A stretch of 64,000 nucleotides of DNA, from positions 1,451,817 to 1,515,816 of the forward strand of contig CAVNZM010000013.1 in NCBI GenBank assembly GCA_963693365.1. Direction: 5' to 3'. The translations under genes were made by a program, and so were the position numbers. Shown here piece by piece: positions 22,496 through 38,185 of this stretch (within the stretch, counting starts at the first letter, position 1; every line of letters starts with the position of its first letter). This DNA is from Amoebidium appalachense. Its lineage: Eukaryota; Protista; Ichthyosporea. The notes beneath the pieces were generated by a model. The model saw only the letters and a list, made by a program, of their open reading frames with translations, had not been told where the DNA came from and ran no database searches.

Positions 22496-25336
22496 CACTG
22501 TGTGTGCATAATATTGTGTGTGTGTCTGTGTATGCCATGTGTAGTCCACTGTGTGTGTGTTTAATTCTTCATTCTCTTCCCTACCCTTCTTTCGTTGTTC
22601 TTGCCCTCCTTCTTAAATGAGAAAGGGGTTAGGGCAAGGAGGAGGGTGAGAAGTTTTTTAACGGAAGGATGCTTTTGTCGTTAAGTTCGCAAGCGGAGGG
22701 AAGAAGGGTGGATAGGTGGGTCTTTATCCCTCCGTTTTATTATTTTTTTTTCCTTTTTTGTTTTTTTGGTGTGTGCGGGGGGGGAGGAGGGAAGGGGGGG
22801 GGGGGAGGGGGGGGGGGGGGGGGGGGACTTACAGCAGTGATATTGACAAGAATCATGGGATGCTCAATAGGTCTGTTCCTCAGCCAAGCATCAAAAGTCA
22901 GAACAGACATTGCAAAGCCTATGTTCCAGGTAATCAGCATGATTGCGATTGAAAATACGACGGTGGTTGGTGTGCGTTTAACCGTGTGACAATGAGTGTG
23001 TACGCTGGCCGGGTCTCTGTCTGTTGTTGCATGGTAGTCGCATTCACTAAGGTACCGTTTGGCACCTAAATGCAGACGTGTCAGATGACCTGCACGCCAT
23101 ACTTCGCAATTTGCCAGGGGTCATCTGCTTCTGCACCTCTTTCGCGCCAGTACGGAAAGATGATGAGTTCTTTTTCGTACCTGTCATAGGGATACCGGTT
23201 TATCGAACGAATGTGTTACCTCTATGGGTTGAATCTGGGCGTCCAGACCCGAGCCGTTCAAGGTCCATGTCTGGTCCGAAAGTTCCACGACGACAGTTAT
23301 GTTTCTGCGAAGGTAAGGGGATGGCCCGGAAACTTCGCTTAAAGGGGCACCGTTGAACGCCAACATGTACCTGACTTTAAGCTCGTTCTTGGTCATGTCT
23401 AATGTCAGGATTCTGGCCTGCACAAATAACTCGTAATCGGCTGCTACCACGGAACCTTTTTTGACTCCGTTAACGTATTTCTCACCATGTTTGTACTGTA
23501 TAAATGTCGCGTTTGGACCTAGTCCGACTTCTCCCGAAAAGTCCACGTGGTCTGCGCTGTGTTTCTCGTTGTTTGTAACCCACGCTGCATACACAGAGAA
23601 TGTGACAGCCAGCATAAACAAAAGCAGAAAACAGCCATGCAGTATCCTCAGAATGTTGTCTCGCTTGCGCATGGGCAAGGCATCAAATTTTCGCAAGACG
23701 TTGATCCTCATTCTCATCCACATGGTTGCAAAACCTGACGCAAGGGGGATGTATAGACCAATTTAAATTTACTAATTGAGAATCTCCATGTGTTTGCTTC
23801 GCTCTAGAAATCCAGCCAGCCTCGATCACTGGCGAAATGAAGGGCTAAGTGGCGGTCATATACCAAATCCTGCTTATAATGCTTAAAATCAATAATCTGA
23901 ATAGAAATGGGGTTTTGCTCTATCAGTAAATTATTTGATAAACAAAGCGACAAGCAATTTTTGTATAAGCAACATGGGGTGTCCGGCGCCTATACCGAAA
24001 ACAGGCAAAAACCATAATTTCATCATTGACGGTCGGCCTCGATGCAAGGTGGTAAGAGGTTATGCAAGACGGGTTTTGATGATTTTAGCGATGTAGGCGT
24101 TGTCGGAGCACACCGACTGCTTATATGATTTTTGCGCGTCTTTTTATTTCCTAAAACTTTTTTTTATGGACGAAAACCAACTTTCTAAGTAAAATCGGGG
24201 CCTAACTGCTTTCGAGAGGCTGTCGGTCTGAGATTTTGGCCTGTCACCGCTTGAGCGGCCCTTAACTTGGCCCTTACTTTTGGCGCAACCAATCACAAGA
24301 TTTGAATTGTTCCGGTGAGCCATATAAGGTTAGGCAGAATTTGAAAAAAATCATTTCTAAACCGGTCTATATACAACGTCATCCAATGACAATTAAAACC
24401 TATTATTGTGACGACGTTCACCTCATGAAAGCCCCCTGAATGGTGCCAAGGACTGTGTGCGTGTGTACTACTGTGATGTGTGTGTGTGTGTGTCACATGT
24501 ACGTGATACTCGCAACGTTCGAGTGCAACCCTTCACGTACATATGTACGTGCTTTGGACCAGGTGTTTTTCGTTCAGTTCGGAATTCGTGGTCCTTGCAG
24601 ATCGGAACTCGACTCCTGAGCTTTTGCAACTCGTGGCAACAACTTAGAAGCTCTACGGTAACTGTATAGTAGTTCAGATATGTACAATACATAGTATAAT
24701 AACTCGTAATAAACAAAGGCGTTCTCCCTGTAAACACCCGTCACGGTATAGGGCAGTAGACGTAGGGGCGTGGACATCTACTTTGTAATAAGTGACGTGA
24801 CTCGTACACAGATTCCTTTCGAATTCAACAGTTTATCCCAATAGCATGAGATACTGTCCAATTATGTAGTCACTGTGACTGCTGTCTCCCTGCGGCCTCT
24901 TCTTCTTTTATGGTCTTTTTTTCTTTTCTTTTCTTTTCTTTTGTCCCGCAACGTAGTAAGGCCGGGCCGTGTACAGTATGCGTCCACGCATAACATACTC
25001 CACGCACAACATAACGTCGACGCCGATTTTCAAAAATCTTAACATACTGACCTCGGTCATTTTTCGGGATTATGTTAGCGCACCAAGGGGTCCTATACAT
25101 AGTAGGACGAGTAATCGGGTTTATCTGGTCAGTTTAGACCCCCTATGTTTAGCATTTCGATCTCTTTCCCAGACAAAACAGTGGTTCGCCGTGATTTCAA
25201 CGACCGCCAGGGCCAATGATAGGCGGCGGCCGCACATCGCATGGTATGCAAACAACTAGTTCGAAGCAGTCTTGTATAGCTAGTTTTTACATCCTAGTCA
25301 TATAGGCAGGTTGAATGCATATTAAACCCACCGATC

Positions 25337-25615
25337 ATGACCAAGCCAGTAGTCCAGGTGCAGGCAGCTGCACTTGGGGCGTTGAATAGTGCACTGCACA
25401 CAGTAAATGAGACCACAGACAAGTTTCAGGAAACTACCCAAGAAGCCCAAGCAATCATTTCTGAGGGTTTTGTAAACGCAAACAACACAATCAACAACGC
25501 AACCACACGTGCAATTGCACAAGCCGAAACGGCAAAAGCACAATTGCGCTCGCACATGGAGAGTTTAGAGAGCCGCAGAGCCCCCACACGCGCGGAATCG
25601 CTGAGTCTTTTCCGT
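25337..25615 (+). CDS. Probable first exon of an unknown helical protein (93 codons)
   Basis: atcATG start, non-repetitive Ala/Thr/Gln/Glu-rich amphipathic sequence, ends at the strong donor CGT|gtgagt. Downstream exons not resolved. Confidence 0.5.
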
Positions 25616-25786
25616 GTGAGTTACGGTAATGGTTTGGAGCTTGATGAAACCCTGAATACGGATTTGTATGAGGCGAAGGGGGAGGGGTTGCCTCTTACTC
25701 GTGTAGGTGCGTGGTGCCAAATTCGTGGTGTGAGAGTAAGGTGTGAGGGAGCAGAAAGACTAGTACGTCCTTGTTTGTATGAGTTG

Positions 25787-25828
<42 letters not shown>

Positions 25829-26008
25829 CTTTTTTGGTTTGGTCCCCTTGAAAAAAATTAGTATGTTTTTATTATTATTTGAATCAAATACTTATTGATT
25901 TCCTCTATATTTACTTATTTAGCGGGTTGGGGAGGAGGGGAGGGGGGGTGGGGGGGGGGACTTGATGTACTAAATGCTAGACTTTCAAGTATTGATTTAG
26001 ATTCAAAA

Positions 26009-26116
<108 letters not shown>

Positions 26117-27959
26117 CACACACACACACACATAGGCTTTCACGCTTTCAGCTTCTTCTTTTTTTTTTTTTTTTTCAAAGTTTTTTTTTTTTTCCCGAAT
26201 TTCCCTTTTTTTTTTTTTTTTTACCATCTCAAAAAGGAACTAGTATAAGTATTCTTTGTTTATTCATTCATTTGATCAATTTATTATTATTATTTTTTTT
26301 TATTTATTTATTATTTTATCACGTTTTGTTCCCGGAGGGCCTTTTCAGGCCCTCTAGGGAAACTACCGTCTACCACACAGCACCGACAGGACACTAGTTA
26401 AGGTGCTATCTATGAGTTCAGCTAAGCTAAACCATCCTTCACAACCTAACTATAAGTACACACTTTGCCCAGGGCTACTACCCCAGCCACGCCGGCAGGA
26501 GGCTCCAGTCCTCCCCTGCATTCAAAACCTAGCAATAAACGTTAACCGAGGGCTCTCATTGGTCGATCTACAGCATTGGGAAGTCCTAAGTGTTGTGTAT
26601 AGTATTTACGGTGGGTATGGGTGGATGATGGGGTGTGGTGGTGGTGGGGATGGGGGGTTGCTGCCTAACATTATGTGTTGTTGTACGTATGTTGTGGCGA
26701 TGTTTTTGTGGACTAAAAGGTGGGTTTTACAGGGCACACCGGGTCTGTGTGTGTTCCGGCAGTCAGAACAGGCCGGCCGGGTGTGTGTGGGGGGTGTATT
26801 TGTTGGTGTTTTGGGTTTTTGATCAATTTATTATTTGTTTACTACTATATTTATGTCATTTAGCGGTTTGCGGATTCCCCGCCCGATGGAGAGGCCCAGT
26901 GTGGCCTCCTGGGCGGGCGGGAGGGCGGGCGGGCGGGGCGGGGCGGGGGGGGGGGGGGGGGGGGGGGGGGGGTAACATAATCGAGACGGGCTCTGGGAGC
27001 CTATTTTTAGATACTAATTAAAATTTAACATAACGACCTCGACCCTTGTCGGGGCGGTATGTTATGCGTGGACGCATACTGTATTTACGAAATACGAATA
27101 CTATACGCATGGCGGTCAACACAAGTTACTCTGTGAGCTGTGGCTGCTGTATTGGTAAATAGTTTCAAGTAAATAGACTCTAACAACATATTTTGACGTC
27201 TTTTCATAAAATAAAAAAAAGCGCATTCTCTGGGAAAAAGTGACCCGTTGGTTATTCTGGTGGTCCCAAGCAAGAATATATACGAAGCCCTGTTTTGCCT
27301 GACGGGGTCTGACAAGACGCAGACGACGCATGGTGATATAAATAGCGAAAACTGAGATTCGAAAGAAATCTCTTTTCTCTCCGAATAATATGTGGGGTCA
27401 AGCCAAGTCCTTGAACACTCACAATATGATTCCAGAATTCCGACAATACGGATTTTGTTATGGGGTATTCTATATAAGTTACGAAATAACCTGCCAGATC
27501 CTGGCAAGTGGCAAATTTAACACCTGTTCGTTTTTATCGGCACGTATACTTGAGGATAAATGACAGGATAAAAATCGCACCATTTATATTGGCTAAAGCA
27601 CAAATCATGAACATCTCGAGATCTGCAGTGGTCGACTGCAGCCTGAGGGGAACCCTCTTGGTGAATATGCGCCTTTAGTAAATCTATTGACTCCAAAAGG
27701 CATTGTGATAAACATGGCCTTCATTGAGCTTTCTGTATCAAAACATTCTAACTGCAGCTGGCCACACGATCGAGGTCCTTTCTCACCATTCACCATTTCA
27801 TCGCTGGACTATTATCTGCAGTTCAAGTGGACACGACGTGGTGCGCGCGCGTGTACTGTCCGACCAGATTCGGAGAGCTCTACTAGAGGATTAAAACACT
27901 CGTGATTGATCGATTGAAATCCCCCCCCCCCCCCCCCCCCAAAGGAGGGGGGGGGGGGG

Positions 27960-28620
<661 letters not shown>

Positions 28621-28910
28621 TACATATGGCATCATGCTCACACACCACGCGCACGCGCAAGCATGCCCAGACACACACACAAACGCATTCGCGCATCCGC
28701 GCATGTGCACGCGCAAACACATACATACACATCATCTGAATTCGTTCACATATGGCATATGATATATATGTACATATACTGACAGGTGATATACATGCAG
28801 CGCATGCGCGCACACACACACATACACCACACCTGGTGACACACACACCCACACACACATGCGCGGGCGCGCACACGCCCAGCCCCCCCCTCCCTGGCCC
28901 CCTCCCCCCC

Positions 28911-28941
<31 letters not shown>

Positions 28942-29125
28942 ATGTTGGCAAGTGCGCACACACCACCGTGGTATGTATGCAATTTGAAAGCCACGTGTGC
29001 CCTCAGCTGCCAGAACTAACATTGATTGGACTTTCTTTGCGTGTGAGATCAGTGTTGGAAGTCTTGCCAAGTTGAGATGACTGCCCTTTCAAACTTGCAT
29101 AGTCGGCCACTTTTGTTAGATCAGA

Positions 29126-29162
<37 letters not shown>

Positions 29163-29870
29163 ACCCCCCCACCCCCCACCCCACCCCACCCCGAGGACAC
29201 AACCCACCCTTAGTAAAATTTTAAGATCATTTAGGCTATGGTCCCTGAAAAATTAAGATAATTAGCCCCTATTTTTAAAGTACCAATGATCTTTATTTCA
29301 GTCACCCCCTCTACACCTTATGCAAGGCTTTCATTCAAGCCTTGCAGGTTTATTGCACATGTCGTTGCTAATGATTGACTTGCCTTCAGCCTGCAAATAT
29401 TCAACCAACTGCAAGCGCTGCCATGCATGGGCAGGCTACCCTCAAGTGTAGCTATACAGGTAGGTGGAATCAAACATCTCCCATCAATCAGCCCACCCAC
29501 TCAGTAGCGCACTTCTTCCTGTACTCAGATTCAAGAATAATGTTATCTCTCTTGTCGTTGACACTGGTGCCTGCCTTCTCCTCTCTCCAGCCTGCTAACT
29601 AATTAATTAACTGGACCCATGGCCACTGACTCTCTCATGATACTTATGAGTCCTCCCTCTATTGAAACAGTACTAGTGATTAAAGGTTCAATCATATACG
29701 TACGTAGTCAACGTCACTGACTCCGGGTGGCCCGCTGTCAGTCAACAGCGCAAAAGCGATGCCTGGGGTGGCCTCTCTCGTGCACTAGCTAAGTTAAAAC
29801 ATTTGGCAATTTTTTGTCGCATGTGTTATCCGATAGGCTCAGAGTCTCAAAATCTTGCTTTTCTTTAGTT

Positions 29871-30190
<320 letters not shown>

Positions 30191-30532
30191 TACTCTCCTC
30201 AGCTCTTTCACTCTCAGTTCTCTTTCTTCTCCCCCCCCCCCCCCCCCCCCCCCCGGAGGCCTTCCCCCCCGCCTCCCTCCCTTTGAAATTTCCCTCCCTC
30301 TCTCTCTCTCTCTCTCCCCCCCCTCCCTCTCTCTCTACTCTCTTTCTCTCTCCCCCTCACTCAATCCCTCTTCCCCCCCCCCCCCCCCCCCATCCCATCC
30401 CTCCCTCCACCCTCTCCTTCCCCCCCTCTCCCTCTCCCCAGCCTCTCTTTGTCTAAAGTGTCTTTTTGTCGGTCCTTTCCCGCCTACTCTCCCCCCCTAA
30501 AGATCTTGTGATCCTTGCCTCCCCCCCTTGAA

Positions 30533-30573
<41 letters not shown>

Positions 30574-31332
30574 TCCCTCCCTCCCTCCCTCCCTCCCTCC
30601 CTCCCTCCCTCCCTCCCTCCCTTCCTCCCTCTCTCTCTCTCTCTCTGCTTTACAGCTGCTCATAGTATAAGGCTTGCTTCTTTTCGTTCATTTTAAAGAC
30701 CAAACGACACACACACCCACACAAAAAAAAGTAGGAATGACTATGCCAGCGGAACTTGAAACTACTGGCTAAAAAAGTAGGAATATTATAAAACAAACAA
30801 AAATGTAGGAATATGGCGCAGCTGGAATGTTGATTATACTGGTTAAGTTTATGATGGTCAAATCTTCTCTCTGACCTTCCATTGAATCACAAATGCCATG
30901 ATACGATTATATCATTGCAATGCACTACATCAAGCGGTTTCGTTCGAATACATAGGTCTCTACCGTCTGACTAAGCCAACGGAACATAAAACTACTAAAT
31001 AAAATCTTCAAAAGTAGGAATATGGATACGTCAGCTACATACGTCGTCTGGAATGCGCAAAAAATAATGTGATTGAACCGATCATGCTCAAGTGTGACCC
31101 AATATAAAACTACTTGAAGAAAAACTTTAAAAAGTAGGAATATATCATCAAAGTTTATACAGTAATCCTACATTCACATAGCGCAAGGACCAGCCTTGCG
31201 CAAATTCATTCCGAATATTATACAAAGTGCGCTACATATCAATTTATTTTCCCCTCAAACAACAGCCTGATCAAAACCTTCCAATTCCATATCATAAATC
31301 AGTTTATTCTAGAGATCTTAGTAGTGCACCCG

Positions 31333-31662
31333 TCAAGTTTCCGGTTTTGAACCGTCACCCCTCAAGAGCACAAACTGAGGCGAATGCCAAGCGGACGATT
31401 CGGCGGCGTTCAAACTGAAATATCGCACACCCGTCGCCACGGGGAGGTCTGAGGGTGCAGGGGGAGGGGTAGGCGGGGACGGACGTTTCCAGCGGTGTAT
31501 GTTGAGGAAGAGAAGGAATACGGCGTTGTAGACCACCAAAATCATGACCCAAAAAAGGGAAAGGAGGTCCGACGCACAGCCGATGGGCGGCGCGTTGGGT
31601 TGCGTGTTGCGGAGGGCTGGAAGGGCAAAGAGCTGTATGTGTGTGTGTGTGTGGGTTGGTGT

Positions 31663-31712
<50 letters not shown>

Positions 31713-31747
31713 GTGATGTATGACTGGGGAAGGGGGCAAAGGATTAC

Positions 31748-31797
<50 letters not shown>

Positions 31798-32003
31798 CGC
31801 GTGCGCACGCGCATACGCGCGCGCATGTGTGTGTATGTGTGTGTATGTGTGAAGGGGAGGGGGGGGGGGGGGGGAGGGGGGGGGGGGGAGGGGGAGGGAA
31901 TGTAAGGGTGCGTGGACTGTGATGGTGATGATGTTGGTGGTGTGCGTGTTTTGGGGGGAAGGGCGGGGGGAAGGGGTTACACAGTGTGTTTTTTGTGTAC
32001 CCA

Positions 32004-32036
<33 letters not shown>

Positions 32037-32053
32037 GTGTGTGTGTGTTGTTT

Positions 32054-32084
<31 letters not shown>

Positions 32085-34150
32085 GGGGGGGGGTATCATC
32101 GGTGCATATTTGTGTGTGGTACATGAGGTAGGTAGTGGTAGCTGTGTGCGTTCGTGTGTGTGTGTGGAGGGGGGGAGGTAACATTTAGAGGAGAGAGGAG
32201 AGCAGTTCGTGTCGAGGCAGGAGACGTGAAGGGCTAATGGGTGGGGGGTTGGGGGGTAGGGTTTAGGGAAAGCCTCCTGCAGAATCAGTACATGCGCGTG
32301 CGCACATACACACACACAAACACACACATACACAAACGTGCATACCCACATGCATAGACACACACACACACGGAGAGAGGAAAAGAGGGAGAGAGAGAGG
32401 GGGGGGGGGGGGGGGGGGGGAGAGGAGAGAGACAGAGAGAGAGAGAAAGAGAGAGAGAGTTGTCTGTGTTGGCGAGAGAGAGACAGAGAGAGAGAAAGTG
32501 TGTTTTTGTGTGTGTGACAGTGTGTGTGTGTGTTTGGGGAGGGGGGAGGGGGGGAGAAAAGAGAACGAGAGAGAGAGGGATGGAGGGGGGGAGGGAGAAG
32601 AGGGGGGGGGGGGGGGGGAGGGAGAGAGAGAGGAGAGAGAGAAAAGAGAGAGAGAGAGAGACTCAGGGAGAGAGGGAGAGAGGGGAGAGAAACGAGAAAC
32701 AGAGAGTGTGTGTGTTTGGAGGTGTGTGTCTGTATCCACGGACTTCTCGAGGATGAAAGCTAACGGAACAATGTTTTGACAGCATGTAACCGAGTTTTGG
32801 ACATTTTTGGGAGAGGGAAGGCTTGGAGGCAGAAGGGAAAAAGAGGTAGGAAAGGTGACAGTTACTGTTTGAGAGGTATGCAATGAGTGCTTTGTAACGC
32901 TGTTGTTTTTTCAAGTTAAGCTCGTGTTGTAGTAATCTTCCTTCCTTTTTTTTCTTTTCTTTCTTTCTTTTTTTTTTTTTTGTGTGTGTGCGTGTGTGTG
33001 TGTTTGCGTGGGTGTTTCGTGTGCGTGTGTGTGCGCATGCCCGCACGCGAGTGTATGTGTATGTGTGTGTGTGCGCATGGGTGCAAGTGTTAGATTTAGT
33101 ACAGCCACGTGTGTGGGTGTGGGTGTTTGGGGAGGGGGGGAGGGGGAGGCATTTGGGGGGGGGGGGCTAGGTGGGTTGCCTTACAGCAGTGATATTGAGT
33201 AGAACCATAGGGTACTCGATCGGCCTGTTCCGTAGCCAGGCATCAAATGTCAGCACAGAAAGAGCAATGCCTACCCCCCATGTAATCACTATGATTGCAA
33301 TCGAAAATGTGACGGTCGCCGTTGTGCGGTCAACCGTTACGGTGAGTGTATACTCGGGCCGAGGCTCATTCTGTCGTTGCATGGCGCTCAAATCCAACGT
33401 ACCGCTTGCATAGCGCGGTTTCGCGTCAAATACAAACATAGTTTCAACATTGAACGCTCGTGTATCTGAGGTTACCTGCACCCCATACGTTGCCATCCTC
33501 CAGGGGTCTCCCTCGTTTGCACTTCTTTCGCGCCAGTACGGGCAGATTACCAGGTTCTTTTCGTACGTGTCAAAGGGATATCGGTTTATGTCTCCTTTGT
33601 CAAAGGTGTGTGTTACCTCTTTGGGCTGAACCTGGGCGTCCCGGCCCGAACCGTTAATGATCCACGTTTGGTCCGAAAGATCCACAGCGATGGTTATGTT
33701 TCTGTGAAGGTAGTTGTTTTGGCCCGGAAAGTCGCTCAAAGGTTCACCGTTAAACACCAGCACGTACCTGACTGTAATTTCATTCCTGGTCATGTCCATA
33801 TTTAGTATCCTGGCCTGCACAAACACTTCGTAGTCGTCCGACGTGACCGGGCCCTCTTTAACACCATCGACGTATTTCTCCCCATCTTTGTACTGTAAAA
33901 ACGTCGAGTTTGGGCGTACTGCTCCCGAAAAATCAAAGTGTTCTGTGCTGTATTTCGCGGTGCTGTCAACCCATGACTCATACACAGAGTAAGTAACGGC
34001 CAGCATCACCAAAAATAGAATGAAGCCGTGTGCGATTCGCAGAATGGTGTCTTGCTTGTGCAAGGGCAAGGCACGGAACTTTTCCAACACGCTCTTCATT
34101 CTCGTCCGAAGAAAACGTAGGGCAGTAGATGCATATGTCATGAGCATCAT
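31333..34150 (-). CDS. DUF4436-like multi-pass membrane protein, paralog C (~421 aa); exons 34150..33185 and 31632..31333
   Basis: Same motifs and intron position as paralog A (NITA|gtaagg ... tacag|LFALPALRNTQPNAPPIGCASD); frame intact to the stop at 31333. Start could be 34150, 34141 or 34099. Confidence 0.82.
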
Positions 34151-35073
34151 GGTTACTGCGTGGTGGTTCTTACTCCTGCTTCGATGGGGGAGGAAAGGTT
34201 TGAGAAAACACGTGGTACTTCGCACAAATCACTTAAGAATTAACGAACCAAGGCTTGGTACTCCGAATTACCATACCCCGCAAACAAGAACGGCGTCCAA
34301 CTTTCTGCAGCTTGGAAAACTGCAAGTTTGGCGGGCGGGCCAGTGGCGGGAATAACCGTGTGGTTTTGTCGTGTAACTCAGTGACTTTTTGCTGACAGTT
34401 TACTCCATAATAAGGTATATATCCTTCAGAAGAAACGTTTCGCGAAAACTGACAAGGTCTTGCTCACCATTACAAAATGTAGTAGCTTAAGTACCAGTCA
34501 TTGCCAGATGTGCACAGGATTCACTCGCGAATAATCCGAGTCTTTTGGACGTTCTTGTTTGATTATACTATATTGCATGTAATTACTTCCTCGCTCGTGT
34601 TTAATAATACATGACACGACGGAGGCGTACGTATCGCTGTGATATCCATGTGTATGTACAGATATGCTAAGAAAGTTTTCTTGGCAATGCTTACATCTAT
34701 TCAAAATGTGTGTATATCGCATGCACCAGCTGCAAGACATCAGTGCATGGTAGGTAACACTGCCAGGCAACACCCTCAGGCTATAGGCAACTCCCTTCAA
34801 AAATGTCGCCTAAATTTTGTGCATCAACCCACCTGCATGTCCGTTCATGCATCTATCGTTCCGCCATGTGTGTGTATATATGTCACCGGCTCTGTCTTAT
34901 GTATATATAGATTATTAGCATACTTTAGGCTGTGTGAACTGTCCAAATTATCGTTGCAATTGAAAAGTAGTGAAGGAAAAAACATAACAAGAAAACAACG
35001 TGTGTCAGGTGCAGGACCTAACACATACTGATGTGTTGCCGCACGTGCGACGTTATACATGCGGTCCCTTTTA

Positions 35074-35118
<45 letters not shown>

Positions 35119-35762
35119 AGAAGAAGAAAGGAGACACCGCCTCAGTAGGTGGTAGGTGCAGGACACTGACTGAGGCAGTGAGGCTGGGAGTGACACACGA
35201 AGCCCCCTTTGATCATTCCATGGACAAAACCAGGCGTTGTTAGTGGTGGATTTGTTATCCATTCACGATGTCGAAGGATAAAATTGAATCAATCCTATTG
35301 GCTGGACCGTGAGCAACTATGATATGAATGATCTTGTCAATTGCAAAGTGCACAGTCTACCGTCTGTATCCCTACATTATTATTGACTCAAATGATGTAT
35401 CTGGTCTTTTAAAACGCCTATTTCTTATACTTCAACATAAAACCTTTTCTTTCAACGTCTGGCACCAGCCGAGTCCCATCCGTGTGCCACCCGGGGACAA
35501 ACAGAATATTTTTTTTTCAGCGCGCACAGGACAATTGCAAGGTGGCTGGCCCCGAGCTCGGCACAAGCGAAGGCTCTTGTATACGTATACCTGGAAATCA
35601 TAATAAACATTCCGGTCAAAAAGGAGATTGCCATACATAATGCTCTAGTATAGTTGTAGACAGACACCGACTTGGAAGCTTGAGAGAACGTTTTTTTCCC
35701 AGAATTCTCTTTCGAAAATTTGAATGCCTCTCCTACGTCTCCGTCCGCAGTCCGTCAGGCGC

Positions 35763-36135
35763 CAGGGATGTGGCGGGCCCTCGGTGAATTGAATTGACTT
35801 GTGTATAATTCCAATTGATTGTCGAGGTTGTTGACTTGAATTGACGGGAAGTCGCGACTTAGGGGGGTCTGACTCGAGTCACGACTTTAGTGACTTATTG
35901 CTAAATATAGTAACATTTTCAGGGGCGGAGGAGAGGGGCGGGACATCTCCCCACCTCTCCCTCCCCCCTCCCCCTCCCCCCCCCGGCCCTCTAGCTCCCC
36001 TTATACCCCCACCCCCCTGCCCACCTCCTTCAAAGTCACCCATATGTCCTGCCTGATGGCCCGACTTGACTAGGCAAAAGTCAGGAGCTTTCTTGACTTG
36101 AAGTCATGACTCCGAGTCAAGTCACCACATCCCTG
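35763..36135. mobile_element. hAT-like MITE (373 bp)
   Basis: 11 bp TIR CAGGGATGTGG / CCACATCCCTG, many subterminal GACTTGA/GAGTC motifs; flanks ccgtcag(gc)gc and ccgtcagc resemble a degraded 8 bp TSD. Confidence 0.7.
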
Positions 36136-37423
36136 CCGTCAGCATCTGCCGCAGAGTGGTGCGTACCGAGCCAATCATGTACTGAGCATACTCAAACGCT
36201 TTTGATTGGCCGGTTCATTGTACTTCAACAAAAATGGCGCGCAAACCTTTTGGCAAGCAGAACTTGAACGTGAAAGAAAAAAAGAAGGAAAGAAAAGGTC
36301 TAAAATGAAAAAAATAAAAAACCGCAAAACGGGTTTTCCGTGACAACAGTAATTACAAAATAGTGCGGACGGGCCTGCTCTTATATACTGCTAGCTATCA
36401 CCGAGTTTGCGCACATGTAGCCAGGTTTTCGAAAGCATTTAACGTGAGGGAGCGAGAGTTTTGTTGAGCAACGAAAGCGTCAATGATCTCGCTTCGTTTG
36501 TCTTGACACACCCTCTGTGTGTATACCTACGTGCTTGATATAACAGAGCACCCCCAAGAATATCTTAAGTTCAACAGGTAGCTCAAACCCGCCTCCCCTC
36601 CCCCTCCCCCCTCCCCTCCCTCTCCCCCCCTCCCGGCTCCCCACTCACTTCATCTTGTGATGACAATGTCTCTTTTTACACTCGTGTGGTGCCTACCTAC
36701 ACGGTTCTGCCTTTTGATCAACTGAATTCCCCATTAAAACCCAGAATTACTGCCCTCGCTCCTTTTCCTTTGTGTGTTGTTGTTACATCTTCACCTCTTT
36801 CTTCCCTTGTCGTTTTTCTATTCCTCCTCTCCAGAGCAGATGTTATGACCGGTCGTGTCTCTCTGTTGGTTTGCAGCCATCATTTCATACATCCTCTGCT
36901 TTCCTTTGGCTATTCTCACTTTACTCGTGCCTCTCACCATCCAACCCTCACCAACACAGTCTCCTTCCCGTTAGCTTTCTGAATTGTAGGTCTATATTTT
37001 TACACCCCGCTCGCATAGTATAACCTCAAGATGTTTGTTCTCACAAGGTATTCCTCTGAGATTTCGATTATTTTACCATTCTCCTTACCCCCCCCCCCCC
37101 CCCCCACCCCCCCTTTGCCCCCTCCCCTTCCCATCTCCGTCTGTGTGCGCCCCCCCCCCCCCCCCCCCCCCCTCCTTCCTCCTTCCCTCCCTCTCGCCCC
37201 CTCCCCCCCCCCCCCCCCCCCCCTTCCACCACCACCCCCATCTTTCTCACTCTCTCTTATCTCCTCCCTCTCTCCCTTTCTCTCAAACTCCATCTGATTC
37301 TTTTTGCTCTCCTAGTTGCCCCTTCTACCCCTGCCTAACCATGATCGAAAGACCCCTTTTGTGTGTTACAACATTCCTCCCCCACACTCGATGTCGTGTG
37401 ATTTCTTACACAGCCATCTCCCC

Positions 37424-37454
<31 letters not shown>

Positions 37455-37992
37455 AAGAGAGAGACAGAGAGAGGAAAAAATAAGAAAAATAGAAAAGGCA
37501 TAAAAAAGGCTGATAGGTATTGTTACGTAGTCCGACTCATCTCAAACGTAGCTCTAGTCGGATGTAGTCGTTTGGCGCACACTCACAATAAGCAGCCACC
37601 CATGCACCCCCCCCCCCCCCCCCTCCCCCCCCCCCACCCCCCCCCCCCCCCCCCCCCCCCTTCTTCCATCGTACACCCACCTGCCCAACCTTCTGTATAT
37701 CCTCCCCCCCCCTCCCCCAACCCCCACCCCTCCCACACACCCACCCACCCGTGTACCCGTCCCCCCCCCCCCCCCTCCCCCAACGTTGTCTGTAGGCTCT
37801 CTGATGACACACAAGCATATAAGCACCACGTGCACTCTGTTCTTGTATCGGGACCCACCTCCCTCACTATCATCTTTCTCATCCCTGTCCTCCCCTACCC
37901 CTCCCCCCCCACCCCTCCCCCCCCCCCCCCCCCCCCCCCGGCCCTCCCCTCTTCTCCTCTCCCCCTTCCCCCCTTCCCCCTCCCCCCACTCC

Positions 37993-38085
<93 letters not shown>

Positions 38086-38185
38086 TCTCCCTTCCCCCCA
38101 TCCCCTCCCCCCTCCCCCCCCCTCCCCCCTAAACACCGTCACCACTTCCACCACAAACACACAGAGAAACCAACCCCCTTCCGCC

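Noticed and set aside
23840-24280. Possible MITE with AAGGGCTAAGT / ACTTGGCCCTT ends
   Set aside because: Short imperfect inverted repeat, no convincing TSD and no second copy in the window.
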